A stretch of DNA of 64,000 nt from a virus (taxonomy: Duplodnaviria; Caudoviricetes): positions 1 to 64,000 of IMG/VR virus record IMGVR_UViG_3300028886_000002, one strand, 5' to 3'. Position numbers and translations under genes: made by a program. Within the stretch, counting starts at the first letter, position 1, and the number at the start of each line of letters is the position of its first letter. The notes beneath the pieces were generated by a model. The model had not been told where the DNA came from. It was given only the letters and a program-made list of their open reading frames with translations, and searched no databases. Shown one piece after another: positions 1-11,036 of this stretch.

Positions 1-319
1 TGGGATTACGTCATTTGTTTTTGGCAACGAAGTGGAACACATTCCCGCTTATCTTTGCTATGGCTTAACTGGCTTGACCTCGGTGAGCATCCCCAACTCG
101 GTGACCTCGATTGGCTACGCTGCCTTCTGGGATTGCAGGGGCTTGACAACAATAACTTCACTTGCAACAACAGCCCCTACAATTTCTAATAATACATTCC
201 AAAACATAAAAACTAATGGAACACTCCATGTTCCAGCAGGTTCTGATTACTCTTCTTGGATGTCAACGAGTGATTATTACTTAGGTAAATATAATTGGAC
301 TAAAGTTGAAGATGCTTAA
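1..319 (+). CDS. C-terminal part of a BspA-type (TpLRR/LRR_5) leucine-rich-repeat protein, likely receptor-binding/fibre-associated; 5' end outside window
   Basis: Frame is open from position 2: GITSFVFGNEVEHIPAYLCYGLTGLTSVSIPNSVTSIGYAAFWDCRGLTTI, matching the LxSVxIPxSVTxIGxxAFxxCxxL repeat. Ends in TAA. Confidence 0.85.
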   Translation, partial: GITSFVFGNEVEHIPAYLCYGLTGLTSVSIPNSVTSIGYAAFWDCRGLTTITSLATTAPTISNNTFQNIKTNGTLHVPAGSDYSSWMSTSDYYLGKYNWTKVEDA

Positions 320-384
320 TAAAAAATATAAAAGAAATATTATATATTAACAGATTCATAACTTAATTAAATAAAATTACAAAA

Positions 385-1128
385 ATGAAAAAAGACATTT
401 TATACATTAATTCTGTAGAAGACATAAGGTTAGTAGATATGTTACGTATATCAAAGAAAGAAGATCCTTACAATGGTTACGCATATGTTGACTTAGGATT
501 ACCTAGTGGTACATTATGGGCTACAATGAATGTCGGAGCAAATAGTGAAACTGATTATGGTCTGTATTTCGCTTGGGGTGAGACTCAGGGATATGCTGAT
601 GCAAGTAGTGGAAAGAAATTCTCATGGGATGATTATAAATGGGGTACAGATCAAAACCTAACTAAGTACAACAGCACTGATAACAAGACTTAGCTTGATT
701 TGGAGGATGATGCTGCCGCTGTAAATATGGGCGGTCAGTGGCATATGCCAACACAAAAGCAAATTCAGGAGTTATTGGATAATACTACTATTACACGGGT
801 TACAGACTACAATGGCAGTGGTATTAATGGTATATTGTTTACTTCAAAGACTGATATCAACAGAAAACTCTTTATTCCTAGTGCGGGTAACTTCGGTAAA
901 GGTTCAGTTTACAACGTTGGTGACGATGGCGGCGTTTGGTCAAGTTCACTTACCTTTAATGACATATATAGAGCTATGAGTCTAGAATTAGGTACTACAG
1001 AGAAGCCACATTTTGCAAATAAAGGAACATCCCGTGAAGTTGGACTTTCAGTTCGTGGTGTAATAACTCCTAATCATGATACTCCATATTATCCAGAACC
1101 AGGAGATCCTCATGAAAGTGGTCAATAA
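385..1128 (+). CDS. Bacteroidota surface/lectin-like protein (VDLGLPSGTLWA family, DUF1566/Fib_succ_major-like); one in-frame TAG at 691-693
   Basis: ORFs 385..693 and 700..1128 share a frame. Joined: YVDLGLPSGTLWATMNVGA..YGLYFAWGET..KT[Q]LDLEDDAA..GGQWHMPT..LFIPSAG..WSSS..R..GLSVRGV. Confidence 0.8.
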
Positions 1129-1145
1129 TATTAATTTATTATAGC

Positions 1146-1952
1146 ATGAAAATAATAAAGAAATTTGATAAAGGAGAAGAAGTAAAAAAGCTTCAAAAAC
1201 TTTTAGGAATAAATGATGATGGTATTTTTGGACCTATTACAGAAGAGTGTGTTAAACAGTTTCAAAGAAAAAATGGACTTGTTCCCGTTGATGGTATAGT
1301 TGGTCCAAAGACATGGGCTGCATTAGGTATAACAGATACTAATAGTAAATGTGTAGATCCAAATATCATTTATGTCCCACTAACCAGTTGTATAACTAAA
1401 AAACCTAATAGGACTATTAAGTATATAGCTATTCATTATACCGCAGGTGGTAGTTCAAAACCTGGGACAGCGAAAACTATGAAAAATACTTGGGAAAAGT
1501 ATAAGAAGGGTTCTGCTGATTTTGGTGTGGATGATAGAGATATGATTTAGTTTAACCCTGACATTAATAACTATTATTGTTGGGGAGTAGGCGATAAGAA
1601 AAATCCTTATAGTGGTGGAGGACAATTATATGGTATTATAACCAATAGTAATACTATATCTATTGAAATATGTTCTAGTCTTAAGAAGGATTATTCTGGT
1701 AAATATCCAAATCATGATGGGTGGTACTTTACAGATAAAGTATTAGAAAATGCAGTAAAATTGACAAAGATATTAATGAAGAAATTTAATATTCCTGCTG
1801 CTAGGGTAGTAAGACATTATGATATTAGTGGAAAAATCTGTCCTGGAATTGAAGGTTGGAATAATGCCACATTATATGATAATGAGGGCAAAGCCTTAAA
1901 AGTGAAGAATAATTCCAAAAAGTGGGAAGAATTTAAAAAGAAATTAATATAA
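1146..1952 (+). CDS. Endolysin: N-terminal peptidoglycan-binding domain plus N-acetylmuramoyl-L-alanine amidase (Amidase_2); one in-frame TAG at 1548-1550
   Basis: PG-binding motifs DGIFGPITEECVKQFQ and DGIVGPKTW. Amidase motifs IAIHYTA, ISIEIC and VVRHYDISGKICPG. ORFs 1146 and 1761 are in frame across the TAG (DMI[Q]FNPD). Confidence 0.9.
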
Positions 1953-1954
1953 TA

Positions 1955-1986
1955 TTTGTTTATATTTTTTAAATTTTATAATTTTG
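1955..1986 (+). promoter_or_regulatory. Bacteroidota housekeeping-sigma promoter (-33 TTTG / -7 TAnnTTTG)
   Basis: TTTG at 1955-1958, 20-nt spacer, TAATTTTG at 1979-1986, in the intergenic gap before the structural operon. Confidence 0.7.
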
Positions 1987-2030
1987 CATTATATATTCCA
2001 AGATTTATATATAAACTTAAAAATGAACTA

Positions 2031-2894
2031 ATGACAATGGAAAAAAATTTAATTGTTTTAAGAAGTGTATATGGCAAAGTTGGTTAGATTTATTATATTC
2101 AACCTGTAAAAAATCCTAAAACTGGCCGTTTTCCTGATTGTGTCAGGAGAGTAAATAGTATGGGTGACATGATTATGTCAGACGAAGATAGAAACTCTAA
2201 TAAAGTTTTAATCCCAGAAAATAGAGTATTTGAGATTCAAGATGGTATTCAATTTGATTTGGAAGATCCATATCAGAAAGCAGAATGGGAGTGCATTCGT
2301 TATGCCCCTATTATAGCTCCTTCTAGAGATGCCCGTGATAGTCATGGTAACTTACTTATTGATGGTGAAATTGCAGAGGGTAAAACTAATGCTCGTTATG
2401 GTATTGCTGAACTTTATGTAGAGGCTCCTGGTGTAGAAGTAACTAAGAAAGTTAGTAGAACTAAACAAATCTTTGATGCCCAATCTTATATCTTTAATGA
2501 TACCAAGGGCGCAGAAGGACGAGTACTTAAAGCTCGCTTGTTAGGTAAGAATATGCGTAATGCTCCTGATTCAGAAGTAACTGAATACTTACTTAATATT
2601 GCATCTAAAGATCCTAAACGTATTATAGACCTTTATACAGGTACGGATATGTCTTTACGCTTGCTCTTGATAGAAGCACGAGAAAGACATGTTATTGTTG
2701 TTAAAAATAAAGTCTATGTTTATGGTGATGATATTGTTCTAGGTATCTCTGATGATGCAGTAATTGCTTTCTTAAAGGATCCAAAGAATGCTAAACTTCT
2801 TGAACTTATAAAGAGAGATACTTATCCTGAGCTTGAAGAGGATAATGATGAGGCTGTAGAATCTAAATCAAAGTCTTCTAAAGCTAAGAAGTAA
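2031..2894 (+). CDS. Conserved crAss-like late/structural-module protein; single TAG at codon 19
   Basis: ATG at 2031 (MTMEKNLIVLRSVYGKVG[Q]IYYIQP) is in frame with ORF 2160..2894. TAA stop. Confidence 0.7.
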
Positions 2895-2917
2895 TAATAA
2901 TTATTTATATATTAAAT

Positions 2918-3925
2918 ATGACCGCAAGACAAGGATATGAAGCAATGCTTGTGGAGCTAAATAAAACAGAAGCTCCAAGCTTGTTGTTGGAAGACTTTAA
3001 TTATTTCTTCAATAAAGCTATTTCCCAATATATAAATTTACACTATAATATTTATGATACTAGTCAACAGACTACTGATGATTTAAGAGTTTTAAAGGCA
3101 ACTGCAGTTCTTAAGCCTGTAAAAGTACAAGAGTCAGATAATAAATATGGTGTAAAGGATACTAATTCTTTATATAGTAATATATGGGAAGTAGAACTAC
3201 CAGAAGATTATTTACATATACTAAACTGTATATGTGAATATAAAGTTAAGAAGCGTTTTAAATGTTATAATGCAGGTGAATTATGGGCGCAACCTGCTTC
3301 TAGACTTACTTCTGATATGTGGTCGTAGGTTATTAACAATTTCTATATGCGCCCATCATATAGAAACCCATATTACTTTATCCATAATGTTAATCCTGTA
3401 AGAGAGGATGAAGGTTATTCTTCCGTTCAAGTTCCTACTAATCCTTATTAGGGAGCTAAAAAAGGACAAAGTAATTTAGGAACTGGTACAGACCCTGAAG
3501 TACAAATTAATACAGACGATGATGGAATAGAAAAGATAGAACCAAAGGGTTTATCTAGAATTCTTCATAATCTTGAGGGTACACAAAAGGAAGACCAAGT
3601 AGAACATTATCCAACCATAAGATATGGTAATCCCTCACAAGTCCGAATGGAGATTCGGTATGGGAAGGATGATGAAATATTTGAATTGGATAAAGTTTAT
3701 GTAGATTATTTAAAGACTCCGCAACATATTAGATTAACACAAGAACAAATAGATTTAACAGAAGACACATCATAGATCTTGGAATTTCCAGATTATGTTT
3801 GTCAAGAGATAATAAATGGGCTGGTACGACTCGTTATGGAAAATTCGAGTGATTAGAGATTATAGACCCACATGGGTATAAACACGACTGTTGCCACGCC
3901 AGGCCAGCAGCAGGAATCTAAATAA
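2918..3925 (+). CDS. Putative crAss-like head-tail ring/structural protein (335 aa, several TAG=Gln)
   Basis: Read manually through TAGs to TAA at 3923-3925. N-terminus (ELNK..APS..EDFNYFFNKA) and C-terminus (LEFPDYVCQEII) resemble crAss ring proteins; gene position fits. Confidence 0.65.
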
Positions 3926-3938
3926 AAACTAAAAAATT

Positions 3939-5039
3939 ATGTTTAATTTTACAACAACTACATTGATCCATTCTGCAGATCAATTCGAAGCTAATCCTAA
4001 TGGTACTAATTAGGTTTTACGAGTAAATGGTGTTAACCTGTTTAAGAAAGATAATGTTGTAGCTGTTTATAGAAATCGTTATGTTGATCCTGTTAACGGT
4101 AAGCTTGAAGTAGTAGTTCCAACTGACGGAACATCTACTGATAGATACAGACTTAAATTCTATTTAAGACGTTCTGGTGATAACAATTCGTATTACTCTA
4201 ACGATTTTGTATTCAAGGGCAAGGAGTTTGTTTACGAATGGACTGGAAAACAGAATAGTGCAGCTAAAGTAGGCAAGTTAATCAATAAAATTCAAAGACT
4301 TTATGGTGATATCTATTTGAAAGTTTACGTTGATACTACAGATGCTACCAAGCTTGTTTTTGAAGGTGATAATTATAGCTTGTTTACTACAGCTTCTCTT
4401 GAGAAGTGGGAAGACATGGAACCAGATTGCTGCGTTTACAGAGAGCCAGGTCATTGGGTAGTAATTGACGAAATTACTGAAGAAGATCCATTTGTAAGTA
4501 CAGCTGTTACTAACTGTAGTACTGTAGAAGGCAAAGACAGCATCTTCTTATCTACCGTTACTTCTGCAGGTACCAAGCTTAAGATTACCAAGTGCTTAAA
4601 TGGTGTTGGTACTTACTGGCAGATTATGAAGGACCTTCGTTTACCAACTATGGATCCTTGGAATATCGTTGAAACTCAGAACGAAATGCCTATCCCAGGC
4701 AACAAGTATGTTCAGTACACTTTACACTATATTAGCTGTAGAGGCGTTCTTGGTGGTGCAGCCGTTGGTGAAGTAACTCACTCTAAGACTACTCACGTAT
4801 TCTTTGTTCCAGCAGATTGCTGCTGCGAAGGTCTTGATGGTGCTTTCCAAACAGCTCTGAAGGCTGCATTTGGAGATGATATTATTGAAGAAGCTCCACA
4901 CGATGATCCTACTCAGCAACCTAAAGTACAGAATGTTACTGGTGCAACTACTGACTCTACTACTACTTACACAGCAAGAGACACTACTGATGAAAATGCT
5001 GAAAGCAGTGGAGAAGGAACTGAACCAACAAAACCTTAA
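3939..5039 (+). CDS. Abundant virion protein, probably auxiliary capsid/decoration protein (366 aa); single TAG at codon 25
   Basis: ATG 3939 is in frame with ORF 4317..5039. Codon usage looks high-expression (many AAG/TAC/TTC), the tail is Thr/acidic, and a strong terminator follows. Confidence 0.6.
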
Positions 5040-5063
5040 TCTAATAGATTAATTTAAATAAAC

Positions 5064-5099
5064 AAGGCGGTGAGCTAGAATAAGCCGCCGCCTTTTTTT
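5064..5099 (+). terminator. Rho-independent terminator
   Basis: AAGGCGGTG...CGCCGCCTT stem followed by a T-run. Confidence 0.85.
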
Positions 5100-5110
5100 A
5101 ATTATAAATT

Positions 5111-5791
5111 ATGGTATATTCAAAATTAGCATCTGCAATTTATAACGATATAGTGTCAGGTTTATAGGGCTACACTTCTACTCCAACATTATCTTTGGAG
5201 TAGTTAGAAGACGATATTGTAGATGAAAGATTAGCCCTAATAAAAGAATATTCTTTAAAGGGGATTATTTAGAAAAACGATTTACTACGATCCATTAATT
5301 GTATTCCAGTAGATTGTAAATCTATTGAAAATTGTGATGCTTGTACAGGAGATAATTTTGAGGGTACTCCTACTATGCATTTTGAAATGCCTCCAATTTT
5401 AACAGAATTCGGAGGTGGTATTGAATATATTGGATCTGCAGATATGCAACAACCCTTTTTATGGTACACCAATCCCTCAGTAATGCGATACCATAAATAT
5501 AGAAAAAGAAATAAAAATAGACCCTATGTTTACATAAACATGGCTCCTAACAGTAATAAAATGTATGATTGCTATGTTTATAATGCACCTTTCTTAAAGA
5601 GAATATCTGTATTAGGTATTTTTAAAGACGAAAGATTACTTAAGGAATTTGGATGTGACTGCACAGATGAAGATGCTACACAATCTTCTTTTATGAATGC
5701 TGAAATTAAAGATAGAGTAATATAGAAAAAAATTAAATATTATAGATAGCTTGCTACTGGACCTAGACCAAATGACCAAGTACCTAAATAA
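5111..5791 (+). CDS. Putative crAss-like ring/tail protein (226 aa, TAG=Gln)
   Basis: MVYSKLASAIYNDIVSGL[Q]GY.. is in frame with ORF 5375 and reads through to TAA at 5789-5791. Confidence 0.65.
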
Positions 5792-5793
5792 TT

Positions 5794-6483
5794 ATGGAAG
5801 CTTTTTATTCTGCCTATACATAGGCTAATTTATTATATGGACTTGAAATGAGTCCTGAAGACTTTGAAGAAATGGGACTTATTGCTTGGAATAGAATAGG
5901 CAATAAGCAAACTAGATTATATAAATACTCTATAGATGTAGATTGTGCTACAAAAGCAGTTGCTCTTCCTTGTAATTGTGACGAAATAGAGGCTGTAACA
6001 TTGCCTTATGAAGACTGGAATTATGTAACTAATAAAACATCCAATGGTGATTATGATTCTCAATTTACTGAGAATTATATAGAAATAAGAAAACACGAAT
6101 AGGACCCATTCTATATGCATGGAAGATATGTAAAGTATGAAAGAGTAGGAGACACTCTTTATTTAGACAAAGATTGTGGTCTAATTAATATTCTATATAA
6201 GGGAGTAGAAATGGATGATGACGGTCTTCCCTTATTAAATAATAAAGAAGTTGATGCTATTGCATGTTTTTGTGCTTTTGTAGTATTATATAAACGAGCA
6301 TTAGCATCTAATAATTCAGCATTATTACAATAGGCTTAGTTATTAGAAGCAAGATGGGCAAAGATGTGTGATGCTGCACGTGTTGCACCAAGTATGAGCC
6401 AAAATGATTTCAATAGAATACTTGATGCCAAATCATCCTGGAATAGAAAAATATTTAATAAATCTTATAAACCAATTAAATAA
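5794..6483 (+). CDS. Putative tail tubular/ring protein (229 aa, TAG=Gln)
   Basis: Joins ORFs 5848 and 6115. Contains ILYKG..DDDGLPL. The TAA overlaps the next ATG (TAATG). Confidence 0.65.
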
Positions 6484-6923
6484 TGAAATATGCTACAGGA
6501 TACTGCATGAATGCAGTGGATGTAATGAAAGGATTTCCAGCTAATAAAACTGTTATGACTGCAAAAGAATGTGAAAAAATAATGAAAAACAGACATAAAG
6601 AGAAATTAGCTGAACGAATATGGAAAGCCAATATAGCAATGGTATTAGATGATATTATAGATAATAGCAACACTTTTGTATTACCTACTAGATCTAAAAA
6701 AGCAGAAATATATATTAAAAGTTACCCTAGAGAAGGATTTATATAGGGAAGAAAAAATGGTAAATGGAAGGATATAGATTATCTAGCATCTAATTTTACT
6801 GGAGCACAAATGATGTTTAAATATTAGAATGGTGGGGTTTTTAAAGAAAAACCTATTTATGTAGATGCAGGGCGAAAACAAAGAATCGCTGATAGACTTA
6901 ATTCTGGTAAAGCATATTATTAA
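6483..6923 (+). CDS. Basic protein, putative crAss IHF/HU-like family (146 aa, 2 TAG)
   Basis: Read through to TAA at 6921-6923. Translationally coupled on both sides; located just before the tail-stabilisation genes. Confidence 0.5.
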
Positions 6924-7471
6924 TGATAAAGACTGTAGAAGATTATTATGATCGTTTATATGAGATGTTCCCAGAAGTTCCAAAAGAAGATGTTAGACGA
7001 TCTGTAAACTATGGATGGAGGAAATTCTATTGGTATAATCTAAGAGGCTGTGATGTGTAGATTAAAAGCTCAAATAATGATTTTTGGATGCATTGCGGTG
7101 TACTTACTAAGGATTCAATAAAACACTTTAATTTATACAAATAGAGACTATCTATTAAAGTTAGATTAAAATATGCTAGAAAACATAAAGATTGGGATGG
7201 ATTTTACTACTCAGTTATTGATGAAGACACTTATCAAAGTATTAAAGATAAGCAATCTTTTAATGTAGTATTAAAAGATAAATGTATATTTAAAATATTG
7301 GATGAGTGTAAACTATACTATAATGATGCCCGATATTTTATAAAATTTAAAATAGATAAAGATGTTGGGTGGAAAAAGTTATTTCAAGACTTAGAATGTA
7401 AAGATTGCGAATTGGTATATAAACGAACTAGAGGATTAACCCTTAAAGATTTAATCGATTATAAATTATGA
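6923..7471 (+). CDS. Basic protein, putative second crAss IHF/HU-like protein (182 aa, 2 TAG); absent from ORF track
   Basis: MIKTVEDYYDRLYEMFPEVPKEDVRRSVNYGWRKF... to TGA at 7469-7471, overlapping the next ATG (ATGA). Confidence 0.55.
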
Positions 7472-10400
7472 AAGAATAGGCAGTAAATACCTTTAAAGGT
7501 GGTTTGGTGATGGATCTTAATCCAATGGCTGGAGATGGTACTACATTATCAAACGCTTTAAATGCTACATTGTTAACTAATAATGGCAATGAGCTTATGT
7601 TGTAGAATGATATGGGTAACGGACGTATTAATAAAGTACGCCTGGATGAGGGTTATATACCTGTAGGAATAAAAGAACATGGAGGTATTATTTATATTGC
7701 CTCATATAATCCTGAAACTAAAAAGGGTTAGATAGGATCTTTTCCTTATCCTAAAGTAGAGTATGATGATAGTGATTTTAAAGGTGAGAATACTTCACTT
7801 GATCTTATATATGAAGATGATCCTCGTACCAGTAAATCCATATGTACGAATGAGGATTTAGTCTTTAATAAAATAGCTAATAGTTCATAGAAAATAAAAT
7901 TATTTACTACAACTAATGAATCTGGAGAACAAGTACAAGCTAAATTTAGACAAGGTGATTCTTTCACTTTAACTTTTAGTTCAGAAACTTCTAGCTATTT
8001 AATGTCAGATAATATTGAGGCTACTATAGTAAGTAAAACAGCTTCTGATTATCATACATTACATATTATAAGTAAAGAAGAATTAGAGAAAGGCGGACCA
8101 ATTTCTGTAATATATGACTATCCTTATTCTGGAACTCTATTTTTACAAATTTCTCTAAATATTCCAGATACTTTTGACATAAGTTATGAATATAATAGTA
8201 ATAATAAAACATTTACTATCTATCCATATGCTTATAATTCTGAAAATTCAGAAAATATATATACTACTACAGCATATGTTGAAAGGAATAATGAACGTAT
8301 AACCAATTTTAATTGTGATTCTTTTATTACTTTAAGTACTGGTACTTATGATGTATATCCTGTAACTTCAGACAAAGGTTATTTAAATTACTTAAAATAG
8401 AAGATAATTTTAAATGCCGATTCAGAAAATAAAAATAATATATTTAAATATACTTTTAATGACGGCTCTCTTGACTTATATTGGGATATTTTTTATGAAA
8501 ATTCCCATTATAGTGAAGGTACTAGTTATAGATTTACTTATAATTTTTATCCTTTAGAAAGTGCAGGAAATGTAACATCATTACGAGCTTTATAGCAATT
8601 ACCATATACTACACAAGTAATTAGCAAAGATTATCCAGTAATATCAGGATTACGAAATCTTAAATGTACTTTACCGTCTGATACAATATATGTATTATTA
8701 ATTAATGTTTCTACTAAAACTTAGGATGATTATGGTACTGAAACACCTTGTTTTTGGGGATTTGTATATGCTACTCCTAGATATAATGAAACATTTAAAA
8801 AATGCGATAATTTTAATACTATAAACGAATCTGACCAAGAAGTAAATTATACTTTTAATAGACAGCTCTTGGAATTAAATAGAACTTCTATTACTAATAA
8901 ACATCTTATATTTAATGCAGATGAATAGAAAGACGAATGGCAAGATGTACAAGGTGTAATATTATTTAGTGATTCTTTAATTCCAGACAATAAAATACCA
9001 AAAGCTTATAGTTCAGAAATAGCTGTTGCAATAACTAAAACAGATGAGCCTGTAGTAGTAGCTCCAAAATAGGATGTTAACTTTATTTATGATTCTGACT
9101 AGTTTTCTGTGGAATCTTCAAAATTCGACATTAATTTAAACAACGCTGAAGTAAATGATGTTCCTGAAAAAAATAAAAGCACTAGAATAATAACAACACT
9201 CAATTCTAATGCGTATAAACCTGCAGAACCGACATAGAATTCTATTACCTTTTATAGGTATATTAGTTCAGAAAGTAGTGATGGTCAGGCTTAGCAAACT
9301 AGAACTTTTAAACAATTAATGCCAGTATTTAGTCCAACTGCAGCTAATTACGAAGAATTATTTGGTTTTGATTTTACAGGCATAAATACTGAAACATCAG
9401 AAAATGATAATACAACTACTACATGTTCAACAACAGGTGTATTTGGGTCAAAGTCTTATTTAAATACGACTGAGTCTATATCATTAATGGTATGTAATAG
9501 TTAGGAAAAGGTTGGAGTTTTTGATGAAGAACACTTGGGATGTGCAAATCGATTAACAGGAAATTCAGAAGGAAATTCAAGCCCTGGAATAATAAAGCAA
9601 TTTTTACTAATGCATAGTAAAAACTAGAGGGGGCAAAATATTTCTTCTATATTTGATTTATTTGGGGGAGCACAAGGACGAAAGGGGAATTTAGACGAGG
9701 CCTCTTTGAGGATAGAAGATAAAAACTACATACCATTCAAAAAATTTAGTGGCCTAGACCCAAAATGTACAAGTGATGAATTTTCAGATCATTGTAGGTA
9801 TATAATTCCATCATGTATAACTTATACTAAGTAGGCTTTATTACTTCCATTGCCATCATCTACAATAGGGGTATGCTATACTACAGGATATAAAAAAATA
9901 GAAGATGGAAACTATGCTTAGAGAGATAAGTACCCTGAAAATTAGATAATACCTGCACATAGATTAGAAGACAGAAAAGACGACTTATTAATACCAGCAT
10001 TTAAAAAATTATTTTGTTTATTAAGTCAAATATTCACATTGCAACAATAGGAGTAGTATGTTTATATAGTTGGACCTAGTGAAGTTACAATCAATTATAA
10101 TATATAGGACAATTCATATGTTATATGCCCTGTGACATTGCCAACTGATATTTTTATTGATGAAGGTATTTAGGAAGCTTTAGACAATATTAAAGGATAT
10201 TTATCAGAAAAAGTGGTAAAAGGTCCACGAAATTATATTGGACGACTGAAACTGGTAAACAATTAGGATAACTATTTCTTTTATGGGAGAGAAGTAGATA
10301 TGAGTAATACTCTATATAATAATATTTTATCTCAATATATTAATGCTTATGATGAAACCATAGTAATTGATAATTCATCTGGATATTCCGTTAATGATAT

Positions 10401-11022
10401 TTATTATTTAGATTCTAAAAAGATATACAGTTCTAGTGCTACTATACAGGGGTTTAGATATGATATTGCACATAGTAGAATTGAAAACAACCAAAATTAT
10501 CCTATGGATGATAATGGAATAACAGTAATTGATAGTGAATATAATAAGTTGTGGACAGACTATGATATATATTATAATCCTAGTTATAACTGTTATCAAT
10601 ATAACTTATCTAAATCAAATTTCCTTTCACTCCTTACAAAATCTACTCTAGGCAGTAAAAATTATATACTTGATTGGGCGGGAAATTGTTGGGTAATACC
10701 TTCTTTTATTAATAGCTTTATGACAGTCGAAGAAGCAAAAAATACTCCTGGATCTTAGATAGATTCATATAGTAATAATTTTATAGTACTTAGAACTTTA
10801 AATACTGTTTCTTCTACTTGGGTTGAAGGAACTGATAAACCTGGGCCAGCATTTGCTAAAATAGATCTTGGATTCCGCGGGAATTGGAAAGGTTATTAGT
10901 GTGAGTCTGGATCTGAGAATTTTTTTGGGACTATTACTGCTAAAATATAGGATATAATTAATTTATATAATCACAATTATGTTGCTATTACTGGTAGATA
11001 CCCTAAGCAAGAAAATACTTAA
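7468..11022 (+). CDS. Large tail protein (~1184 aa) with muzzle/tail-stabilisation-like N-terminus
   Basis: Starts MKE[Q]AVNTFKGGLVMDLNP..LSNALNATLLTNNGNELML[Q]NDMGN. ORFs 8002, 9319 and 10300 are all in frame. TAA at 11020-11022. Confidence 0.7.
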
Positions 11023-11036
11023 TAATTTCTTATGTT

